From Candidatus Caenarcanales bacterium (GTDB taxonomy: Bacteria > Cyanobacteriota > Vampirovibrionia > 2-02-FULL-35-15): 64,000 nucleotides of DNA. Below are positions 1 to 8,743 of the stretch, in pieces. The position numbers and the translations under genes are program-made. The stretch's first letter is position 1. Every line of letters starts with the position of its first letter. Under the pieces are notes generated by a model. That model had not been told where the DNA came from, did not search any database, and saw nothing but the letters and a program-made list of their open reading frames with translations. The stretch is taken from NCBI GenBank assembly GCA_020050435.1, contig JAGVKQ010000022.1:17305-81304 (forward strand), written 5' to 3'.

Positions 1-2
1 CA

Positions 3-908
3 ATGACACATTTAGGAACCCACCCACTTTCATCAGCAAGTCCAATAGAAGAAGTAAAAACTGGAGGACCTAAAGGACCCACAGAACCACCTAAACCATC
101 TGGAAATCCTACCGCTACTGTTAAAGGAGCAGCGCACTTATATTCTGTTTTATTTAGAATGTTAGCTGATGCAGATGATTTTGCTAGAAGTACTGGAATA
201 AGTAGAGAAGTCACGACTACAAATAAAACCACACCAGAAGGTTTTGAATTTACAACTAGCCTTAAAGTAAGTGGAAGCAGAGAAGATAGAAATAATGCTC
301 TCAGAAAATTAGCTGATGCTTTACCAGGTTCAGTTGCTAAGATAGATGAAGGAGTTCTTCAAATAGGAAGCCAAACACTAACCTTGAGTGATGCAGCGAA
401 AATATCAGCTGTTTTTGATGAGCGTAATTTAAGTGCAGCTGCTAATGCTTTCGGTAATGCAGTTAAAAGTAGGTTGAATCCAGAAAAAACAGTAGACATG
501 CCTTCTGACTCAGCTACAGAAGTAACAGCCTGCACTCCGGTTAATTCTAATGTTGCTTCAGGTACATTTACAGACATTGCATCTGCTGGACCTGAAGTTC
601 TTTCAGCTCTTCAATTAATACCTACAGAGAGTCGTGATAAAGTTCTACCTTTAATTACTAAAATTGCTTCAGAACCAGATGATAAAATAGCTTCTAAAGT
701 AAGATCTTTAGCTGCAACTGCAGAGACTTTATCTACAGTTGATCCTGAAAATGTAGTTGTTGTATTAAAGCCAGTTCTTGATGCTTTAGTTAAGTGTGAT
801 GATGCAACTATAGTTGCTTTAGTAAAATTAAGCACACAGCTTACAACAAATACAAGTGGTCCAACTATTTACCCTGGACCTGGTAATGATCGTGATCCCG
901 CAGCTTAG
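3..908 (+). CDS. Hypothetical orphan protein with P/T/G-rich N-terminus
   Basis: 301-aa ORF with no recognisable motif; the start lies at the window edge. Confidence 0.7.
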   Translation: MTHLGTHPLSSASPIEEVKTGGPKGPTEPPKPSGNPTATVKGAAHLYSVLFRMLADADDFARSTGISREVTTTNKTTPEGFEFTTSLKVSGSREDRNNALRKLADALPGSVAKIDEGVLQIGSQTLTLSDAAKISAVFDERNLSAAANAFGNAVKSRLNPEKTVDMPSDSATEVTACTPVNSNVASGTFTDIASAGPEVLSALQLIPTESRDKVLPLITKIASEPDDKIASKVRSLAATAETLSTVDPENVVVVLKPVLDALVKCDDATIVALVKLSTQLTTNTSGPTIYPGPGNDRDPAA

Positions 909-939
909 TTAATTTTAAAATATAAGCTAGGTTCTTTTT

Positions 940-1003
940 GAGATTGCTTCACCCTTTTCCGCCGAAGGCGGACCCGCCTTTGGCGGGCAGGGTTCGCAAT
1001 GAC
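940..1003. repeat. REP/RPE-like palindromic half-element (GAGATTGCTTC...CGCAATGAC) with nested GC-rich hairpins
   Basis: Same ends as the right half of the 61646-61739 element; contains tccgccgaaggcgga and cccgcctttggcggg; lies between convergent genes. Confidence 0.75.
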
Positions 1004-1011
1004 AGTAGTAT

Positions 1012-1665
1012 CTAATGATTTATCCTATAAACAATACTTTGGCTTTTGCTTAAGGTGATTTCAGAGATAGATCCACATTCTGTTTTAATAGACCAGAGTT
1101 TTTCTATTTTTGCATCTAAAGAATGTAAGAGAAAAAGTTGTATGGGTCCAGCGTGACTAACGACTACTATGGTTTTATTCTGATGTTCTTTTAAAAACTT
1201 ATTTTTAACCTTTATTACTCTTTTATGGAGATCTAACATAGACTCTCCATTTTTAGGTCTGAAGCTACTTAGATCACTAAACCATTTTGAAAAATCAAGA
1301 GGATCACTCTTTTCTACTTCATGATAAGTTTTTCCTTCCCAAACCCCTTCTGACTTTTCAATCAAGTTTTTTTCTATAACTATATTTTTAATATTTAATT
1401 TCTTTGAAACTATTTTTGCAGTGTCTTTTGCTCTTTTTAGTGGACTTGAAAAAATGTGATCTATCTTTTCATTTTTTTTCTTTAATAGCTTTAAAAGCTT
1501 TATGGCAGCATTATTTGCCTGGATGATTCCTTTTTTTGTTAGCTCTACATCTAAGTGTCCAAAAATCAATCCACCTCTATTTGCAAGGGTTTCACCATGC
1601 CTAATAAAATAAATCTTTGTTATGGGCTCTGAGTAGTTAAGTATGCTTTCTTTAGGCTTTTTCAT
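1012..1665 (-). CDS. Histidine phosphatase family protein (CobC/PGM-like)
   Basis: RHGET, SSPLKRA and VSHAG motifs. Confidence 0.92.
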   Translation of the reverse strand: MKKPKESILNYSEPITKIYFIRHGETLANRGGLIFGHLDVELTKKGIIQANNAAIKLLKLLKKKNEKIDHIFSSPLKRAKDTAKIVSKKLNIKNIVIEKNLIEKSEGVWEGKTYHEVEKSDPLDFSKWFSDLSSFRPKNGESMLDLHKRVIKVKNKFLKEHQNKTIVVVSHAGPIQLFLLHSLDAKIEKLWSIKTECGSISEITLSKSQSIVYRINH

Positions 1666-1828
1666 ATTTTTTATACTAATAAGATACCAGCTCTGCTAAT
1701 CTTAAATAAAATTAATTAAGTATTACCCAAGCAATACAGATTGATTTACAGAATATTTCATTGATTAAAGAAATCTCATTTGTTATAAATAAAAGATAAT
1801 TTTAAGAACTTGATTGGAGAAAAATAAA

Positions 1829-3886
1829 ATGACTTCAGCCCCTATAGCAGCAATAGCACTATCAGCTACAACCTTACCATCATCTGCACCTTCACCCAAT
1901 AATCTACCATCTGGAAGTGGAATGTCTGTAGGAAATGCCATATTTGCAGCAGCACTAAAACCATTTGATGTAGATGCTGCATTTGCTGAATTAGATAATT
2001 CTGCTGCTGTAGCTGGAGCAAAGACATCTATTTATAAGGATGAATTATTAGCTCAAATTATCAAAACCTCTTTAGCTATAGCAAAAGATGAAAACGGTGG
2101 CAAAGTTACATTTCCCGTTGTATTCATGGCTTTAGAAGTTGTTGGAAAGATAGATTTTGGTTATGAAACTGAAAGTCCAGGGCAAAAAGTTGCAAAAGCA
2201 TTAAATCTTCCGAAAGCAGATACCCATGGTGAACTTGCATCCTTTGTACTGAAAGAAATAAAGGGAAATCCAGAGAAATATGATTTGATTTCCATAGATC
2301 CTGATTTGCAGGCAGCAAAAGCTGAACAAGAAAAAACTAGAGATAGCTGGGTTAAAGCTATTGCGAATAGATTTGATGATGGAACAGAAGTAATAGTTAC
2401 TGTCCTTCCTAGTGACTTGAAAAGAAATGCAGAAGTTTTAGATGCTGGTCAATTAGATGCCTTTGCAAAAGAATTAGGATTTGCCGATAGGTTTAAATTT
2501 GCAACAGCTGTTCGGGCAGAACTTTCAGGAAGAAAATTAGAAAGAAAGAGAAATAGAGAAGCTCAGGAAGCTGCATCAGCAGAAACAGTTAAACAAGAAG
2601 CCATTACTGAATATGGAAAAACTGAATTTCCTAAGCTTGTTGCTGGGTTTGTAGAAGCACATAATGGAACACCTTATAATCTGTCAGAAGATAAAATAGA
2701 AGTAGCTATTAAAACTCTTGGTTATGGATCCAAAGCCCAGTTCTTGGAAAGATCAGGATATAAAGATTTAAAAGAAGTAGGAAAAATCTTAGAAGAAGCA
2801 ATTTTAAAAAATCGTGTTAAAGATGACTTTGAAAAATTAGCAGAACAGTTTAAGGATAAATATAAAGGAAGTCTGTTTACGATACCTGATGATGTTGTTT
2901 CAGAAACAATTAGAGAAAATCATTATTTTGGAATGATGAATGAAAAAGCTTTTGTAAGTTATCTTGGATTTGAATCCTTGGGTAAATTAAAAACAGCATT
3001 GATCGACAAAGTTGTTTCCAGTATGGAGGCTGGTAGTGCTGAAGAAGCCACAAATAACAAAACAATGAAAATTGATGGAGAGCTTTTTGATTTAGTGTTT
3101 TATACAGATATTGCTTGTAGAAGAGAAGGGCATGGATTAGCAACCATTGTAGATTTCTATGAGGCACTAGAAAATCACAAAGCAGAAAATCCTTCAGGGA
3201 AGTTATTAGCACAAAAAAATTCTAATACAAGAGCTCTAGCTGCAAGAGTTTTACAAATAGTTAATCACCAATACATTTATTTTGGTTCTGGTGGTGTAGC
3301 TGGTGAAAGCTACTTTAGATCACAAGGTGTTTCTGATGATTTATTTGATGTGGTTTATAGAGCTCATGAAGTTGCTTCTAAAAGACCAAGAAATAAAAAA
3401 GTAAATCGTGATGATTTACATTCTGCTCACTCTTTTCATACTGCTGTAGAACCTAACTCTTCAGTAAGGGTTAAAGGTACTGAATTTGATGAACTTTTAG
3501 ATAGAGCATTAGTGATAGCAAAGAACCCAGATGTTTATTTATATACAGGAGATATTAAAGAAGAGCAGAAGTTAAGATTAGAAATAAAGAAAATGGAAAC
3601 AGGTAATGAAGCTCTAATTAAAGCTGAATGTAGACAAATGATTGATAACAATCTCTATGACATTGTTTTAAGAGTAAATTCAGTGATGAGAAGAGAAAGA
3701 AGAGAATCAGCTACTTTTAATGATGCGATAGAAGGGTTAGAAAACTTTAGAGCAGAAAAAACTACTGTTAGTATAGAAGAGTTAGGCTTTAAAGATGAAA
3801 AAGCTTTATTAGCAAAAATCTTAAGAATAGCTAATCATCAAGATAGATACACTTACATGAAAAAGAGACCAGCAGCAAAACCTTAA
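1829..3886 (+). CDS. Large orphan helical protein with internal repeats
   Basis: Long ORF; ATG at 1829 follows GGAG; S/P-rich N-terminus; repeated D..L[FY]D.V...L.I..H blocks. Confidence 0.75.
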   Translation: MTSAPIAAIALSATTLPSSAPSPNNLPSGSGMSVGNAIFAAALKPFDVDAAFAELDNSAAVAGAKTSIYKDELLAQIIKTSLAIAKDENGGKVTFPVVFMALEVVGKIDFGYETESPGQKVAKALNLPKADTHGELASFVLKEIKGNPEKYDLISIDPDLQAAKAEQEKTRDSWVKAIANRFDDGTEVIVTVLPSDLKRNAEVLDAGQLDAFAKELGFADRFKFATAVRAELSGRKLERKRNREAQEAASAETVKQEAITEYGKTEFPKLVAGFVEAHNGTPYNLSEDKIEVAIKTLGYGSKAQFLERSGYKDLKEVGKILEEAILKNRVKDDFEKLAEQFKDKYKGSLFTIPDDVVSETIRENHYFGMMNEKAFVSYLGFESLGKLKTALIDKVVSSMEAGSAEEATNNKTMKIDGELFDLVFYTDIACRREGHGLATIVDFYEALENHKAENPSGKLLAQKNSNTRALAARVLQIVNHQYIYFGSGGVAGESYFRSQGVSDDLFDVVYRAHEVASKRPRNKKVNRDDLHSAHSFHTAVEPNSSVRVKGTEFDELLDRALVIAKNPDVYLYTGDIKEEQKLRLEIKKMETGNEALIKAECRQMIDNNLYDIVLRVNSVMRRERRESATFNDAIEGLENFRAEKTTVSIEELGFKDEKALLAKILRIANHQDRYTYMKKRPAAKP

Positions 3887-3887
3887 A

Positions 3888-5084
3888 CTATAAGGGTTTT
3901 AATTTTTTCTTCGATATTAAGAGACTCATAATCAGTGCAGTAGCCGGTACTGAAATTATAAGTCCTATTGTTCCAGCCATTGTAGCTGTTATTTCTGACA
4001 CTACCAACTCAAGATTTAAGTACTTTACTGGATTTCTATCGTGACTAATAAGAAGTAAAAGAGGAAGTGCCATTCCCGTATAAGCTAAAACAAGAGTGCT
4101 AGTCATCGTACCCATAATATCTTTTCCAACATTCATTCCAGAGTGGTAAAGCTCTTTTAATGAATAGTTTGGATTTGCTACTTTAATTTCATATATAGAA
4201 CTAGATATAGATATGGCTACATCCATAACTGCACCAAGACATGAAACGATCATCCCTGCTGCAAGTAAGCCTTTAAAATTAATTTCATAAAATTGATTTC
4301 CCCAAAGTATCATGGCTTCTGTGCTGGATAATCCTGACAGTGGAGCTTTGTCGATTACGATAGTAGCTATGAGTCCACTGACAGTAACTCCAATTACTGT
4401 ACCTAATGTGCTAGCTAGAGATTTTATATTTATTCCAGCTACAAGAAGCATAGTCAAAACTGTAGCTAAACAAGAAGCTACTACGGCTCCTAAAAGAGGA
4501 TTCACTCCTTTTTCAATGGATGGAATTAAAATAAAAGCTATGATGGATATAGTACAGGCAAGAGAAATTATTGTTCTAAAGCCTTCCCACCCGCCGATAA
4601 TAATCAGAAGAAGGAAAAAAGCTATACCTAGAACCCAGATAACATTTTCTCTATGGTAATCAATTAAAAAATAATCTTCATTTCCTGTTTCTAGATTTTC
4701 TGTTTTATTGACTAAATATACTTCTCCAACTTTACCAATAATAGAAAAAGCTGGATTATCAGGAATCTCATTAGTAGCTGCTCTTTCTTTTCCTTTGTCT
4801 TTTCCTGTTAATATTTTTAAAACTACATCCTGGGTTCTTTGCTTGTTTCCGCCTGGCAAATCTTCTTTCCTGTCTCCAATTATTTTTATAACTTCAGCAA
4901 GACAATAACTGTCTTCAGTGTTTAATTCACTCTCTCTAGAGGTTTGTGTTAGGGCAGACTTCAAACCTGCTCTTTCTTCGGATTCTTTAGATGAAGATTT
5001 ATCTAAGGCTCTGTGTGTGACTGTTAAGCCTAGACTTTGGAAACTGAGGAAGATTATAAATATTGAGTATAGGACTTTTTTCAT
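3888..5084 (-). CDS. YibE/F family membrane protein
   Basis: GAVMDVAISISS and G.DIMGTM..TLVLAY.G motifs; multiple TM helices. Confidence 0.9.
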   Translation of the reverse strand: MKKVLYSIFIIFLSFQSLGLTVTHRALDKSSSKESEERAGLKSALTQTSRESELNTEDSYCLAEVIKIIGDRKEDLPGGNKQRTQDVVLKILTGKDKGKERAATNEIPDNPAFSIIGKVGEVYLVNKTENLETGNEDYFLIDYHRENVIWVLGIAFFLLLIIIGGWEGFRTIISLACTISIIAFILIPSIEKGVNPLLGAVVASCLATVLTMLLVAGINIKSLASTLGTVIGVTVSGLIATIVIDKAPLSGLSSTEAMILWGNQFYEINFKGLLAAGMIVSCLGAVMDVAISISSSIYEIKVANPNYSLKELYHSGMNVGKDIMGTMTSTLVLAYTGMALPLLLLISHDRNPVKYLNLELVVSEITATMAGTIGLIISVPATALIMSLLISKKKLKPL

Positions 5085-5093
5085 GGTTTTGTT

Positions 5094-5984
5094 TTACCCT
5101 TTGTGAAACTCTTCTGCATGGTATGAGCTTCTTACAAGAGGTCCGCTGAAAACTTTTTTAAATCCAATGTTTTCTGCAATTGCTTTAAGTTCTTGAAATT
5201 CATCAGGGGGTAAATATCTTTTAACGGAAAGACTGTCTCTGTTAGGTTGCATATACTGACCTAGGGTTAGATAGTCACATTTATAATTAACTAAATCTTT
5301 CATGACTTCTATAATCTCTTCTTTTTCTTCTCCTAGACCTAGCATGATACCTGACTTGGTAATAATTTTAGAATTTGTTTCTTTTACAAACTTAATTAAT
5401 TCAAGAGATCGTACATATATGGCTCCTGGTCTAACTTCTTTATAAAGCCTAGGAACTGTTTCTAAATTATGGTTATAAACATCTGGAGTTGCATCTACTA
5501 CATTTTTAATACAATCTTTATCCCCTCTAAAGTCAGGTGTTAGGACTTCTATTGTGATTCCAGGAATTTCTTTTCTTAATTGCTCTATAGTTCTAACAAA
5601 ATGCATAGAACCTTGATCTGGTAAATCATCTCTATTTACTGAAGTCACTACTACGTGTTTAAGATTTAATACTTTTGCAGCTTGAGCAACATTTTCTGGT
5701 TCATCTTTTAATTAATTGCTATCAAGCGGAAGTTCTGGTTTCCCTTTAGGTACACTACAAAAAGTACAACCTCTGGTACAAGTATTTCCAAGAATCATAA
5801 AAGTTGCTGTGCCAGAAGAAAAACATTCATTTCTGTTAGGACAACGAGCACTTTGGCAGACAGTATTTAAATCATATTCTTGTATTAATGAATGAACTTT
5901 TCTAGATTTGTTATTTAATAGAACATCTCTTTGAAGCCACTCTGGCAATCTTAATGGTTTATTTTCTATGGTTTGGTTAGACAT
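5094..5984 (-). pseudogene. lipA: Lipoyl synthase interrupted by an in-frame TAA at 5712-5714
   Basis: CQSARCPNRNEC, CTRGCTFC, TSVNRDDL and RSSYHA motifs; both ORF halves are in one frame (...PLDSN*LKDEPENVA...). Confidence 0.88.
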
Positions 5985-6004
5985 TTATAGGTTAATAATA
6001 GCAT

Positions 6005-7468
6005 TTATGTATCTGCAAGAACCTTCTTATTCTTTGTAAAAATCTTCTTAAGTAGATCCTTGTCACTAGAATTAAATGTTTTTAAAAGAACAAGACATAA
6101 AAAGTAAACAAAGATTAAGAAAATCATTCTTATAAATATATTTATATGATCTAAGCAATAAGCAGTAATAAGTAAGCTTATTGCACCTGACAAAGTTGGT
6201 TTTAAAAATGCTTTTACAGTATCAGAGACCTTCCAGATTAAATATTTTCTTCCTATGCTAATAAGTATAATTACAAAAAATGCTTCACTAACTATCGTGG
6301 CATAGCATGCTCCAAATGATGCAAATCTAGGGATAAGAAGAACATTTAACAATATGTTTAATAAAGTAGTTGAAGCTTGGCAGTAGAGCATGTTTTTATG
6401 TTTATGTAAGCCAATAAAAAACAAACTAAATGGTGTTGCTATGAATCTAAGATAAATAAATAAGCTAAAAATCTGAACTAGAGGAATAGATAGATCATAT
6501 TTCCTTCCGAACAACAAATGAATAATTTGACCTGAAAAGAAGTAGATTAAAATTGCAGAAGGAGTTGCAATGATAATCATATATTTTAGTATGATATCGA
6601 AAACTCTTTTTCTAGAGTCCTTTGAATTCTTGTCATCTAAAATTCTATACACTGTTGGTAGCATTGCAAACTTAACTTGACCAGGAATAATATTGGCTAT
6701 TCTTGTGAATTTAATAGCTGCACTGAAAATCCCTACAACATGTAAGTTTGCAAAGAATGAAAGTAAAACAGTGCTAATTTTTGCATAAATACTTAAGAAG
6801 AAATCGCTAAAACTAAATATTAATGAGTCTTTAAAGAAATCCTTTATTAGAGAAAGTTTTAATTTAGGTCTTAGTAGTAAAACAGAATTAATTAATGAGA
6901 TTATAAATGAAATAAAACTAAGTGTTAAAGTGGCAATAACTAGAGATAAAACAGAATTGTTATAGGAAAGTGCAATGTAAACTATAGTCAGGTATAAAAC
7001 AGTTTTTACTATTCTGAAAAAAGATATAAGTTTAAAATCCCCTAGTATTCTTCTTATGCTACTAAATACAGTGCCGAAGCTATCAAATATAATACTAAGA
7101 GTAAAAATTAAAATTATATTTAATGTTTGTCCTCTATAACCAAAAACATAGCCCAATATCCAAACTAAAAGAAGAGTTGGAATAATTAAAATAGTTTTTA
7201 CAAATAATGCATTTCCAAAGCTGACTTTGGTTTTTTCAATATCCGTGGATCCAAATTTTAAAAGAGTTTTATTTAATCCAAAATCACATAAAAATTCAAA
7301 TAAACCAACAAAAGAAGCTACTGTAGAAAAAAGTCCAAAATCTTCTACTGTAAGTTTTCTTGCAATAAAACCAATTGCAATGGCGCTTAAGCCTATAGAA
7401 ATCATAGAACTACTAAGCAACAAGAAAATGCCATGAGAAAGTTTTCTAGATAAAGATTCTTTTGTCAT
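6005..7468 (-). CDS. Wzx-type polysaccharide flippase (MOP superfamily)
   Basis: Many TM helices; DFGL and LIP.F...GA.YAT..SE motifs. Confidence 0.88.
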   Translation of the reverse strand: MTKESLSRKLSHGIFLLLSSSMISIGLSAIAIGFIARKLTVEDFGLFSTVASFVGLFEFLCDFGLNKTLLKFGSTDIEKTKVSFGNALFVKTILIIPTLLLVWILGYVFGYRGQTLNIILIFTLSIIFDSFGTVFSSIRRILGDFKLISFFRIVKTVLYLTIVYIALSYNNSVLSLVIATLTLSFISFIISLINSVLLLRPKLKLSLIKDFFKDSLIFSFSDFFLSIYAKISTVLLSFFANLHVVGIFSAAIKFTRIANIIPGQVKFAMLPTVYRILDDKNSKDSRKRVFDIILKYMIIIATPSAILIYFFSGQIIHLLFGRKYDLSIPLVQIFSLFIYLRFIATPFSLFFIGLHKHKNMLYCQASTTLLNILLNVLLIPRFASFGACYATIVSEAFFVIILISIGRKYLIWKVSDTVKAFLKPTLSGAISLLITAYCLDHINIFIRMIFLIFVYFLCLVLLKTFNSSDKDLLKKIFTKNKKVLADT

Positions 7469-7498
7469 GAAGAAGGTAGAGTGGCAAACTCTATCTTA

Positions 7499-7837
7499 TT
7501 ACCCTTCTTCTGAATTATCAACTAAAGTCAATTGATTTATTACAAGATCACTAAGTTCACTGCTGGTCATAGCAGCATATTTTGCCCAAGTTGATCTAAT
7601 CCATTGAATCATAAAGTAATCTTTGTTTGTTTTTAAATGGTTGGTTATAAAATCTTCTACATTGGGGAATTTTCTGAAGTAATAAATAGCAGAGACAGTA
7701 TTAGCACATGTAATAGTTTCTTTACTTAAACCATCATTATTTTTTCCTTCATTAGTGTAGGCTAAAACAAATTTAACGAGTAATTCATGTGAGTTAATTA
7801 ATAAACTTTCTTCTTGAATTGGTAAATTGTTATCCAT
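7499..7837 (-). CDS. Hypothetical protein
   Basis: 112-aa ORF preceded by an AGGAG RBS. Confidence 0.75.
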   Translation of the reverse strand: MDNNLPIQEESLLINSHELLVKFVLAYTNEGKNNDGLSKETITCANTVSAIYYFRKFPNVEDFITNHLKTNKDYFMIQWIRSTWAKYAAMTSSELSDLVINQLTLVDNSEEG

Positions 7838-7945
7838 GTCTATCTCCTTGATACTTGTAAATGAAAACCTTGTAATAATAAAAAGAACAACCCGTAGGAA
7901 TCTTGACAGGATATTTCTACTATCTGATTAACAAATGGTTAAGTG

Positions 7946-8716
7946 TTACTTGATTTTAGATAATTTTCTAAGTATTTCAAACATTACTATTCCAAAGGCT
8001 ACTGAAACATTTAAAGACTCTAGTTTTGCACTTATGGGAATCTTTACCAGGAAATCACAATTTTTTTTAATTAAGGGACCAAAACCTTCATGTTCATTAC
8101 CCATTAAAACTGCTACTTGTTCTGGATAAGAAACCTGGTATATAGATTGTGAATCATCTGAACCTTCTGTACCTACTACCCAAAAACCATTTTCTTTTAA
8201 TTCATTTATTGCATTTATGCAATTAACTACTCTGGCAAACTTAACCTGAAAGAGTGTCCCAGCACTTGTTTTAATGGTAGTCCCATTTATTCCTACGTGT
8301 TTTTTTCCTGTTAAAATTATGCCTTCACCACCAGCACCGACAAAAGTTCTAATCATTGCTCCGAGATTATGATTGTCTTCTGTTTCATGTGCTATTAGAA
8401 TAATTTTCTCTTTACTGTTTTTCAAGACATGTTGAATTAAATCGCTAACATGCATATATTCTGTAGGAGAGATGCTTAAAACCACACCTTGATGAATTTT
8501 ATTATTTGTTAATTTGTTTAATTTTTGATCAGGGACAAAATTATATGGAACCTTATTATTCTTAGAGTAGGAAATGACACTGTTTTTAAAGTCACTATCT
8601 TTAATTGACTCACTAATCCAGATTTTATTCACCTGAACATCACTGTTTTCAATTAATTCAAGTACTGGATTTTTTCCAAATACTAAGTCAAATTCTTTTT
8701 TCTCTTCGTCGCCCAT
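7946..8716 (-). CDS. rlmB: 23S rRNA (G2251-2'-O)-methyltransferase, SPOUT family
   Basis: FGKNPVLE, HQGVV, HNLGAMIRT, GNEHEG and ESLNVSVA motifs. Confidence 0.92.
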   Translation of the reverse strand: MGDEEKKEFDLVFGKNPVLELIENSDVQVNKIWISESIKDSDFKNSVISYSKNNKVPYNFVPDQKLNKLTNNKIHQGVVLSISPTEYMHVSDLIQHVLKNSKEKIILIAHETEDNHNLGAMIRTFVGAGGEGIILTGKKHVGINGTTIKTSAGTLFQVKFARVVNCINAINELKENGFWVVGTEGSDDSQSIYQVSYPEQVAVLMGNEHEGFGPLIKKNCDFLVKIPISAKLESLNVSVAFGIVMFEILRKLSKIK

Positions 8717-8743
8717 TTTCCCTTTCGCCTCACCATTGTTCTA

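Noticed and set aside
5094..5984. Genome-wide stop-codon reassignment as the explanation for split lipA
   Set aside because: TAA terminates many intact genes in this window, and no other conserved gene is interrupted.
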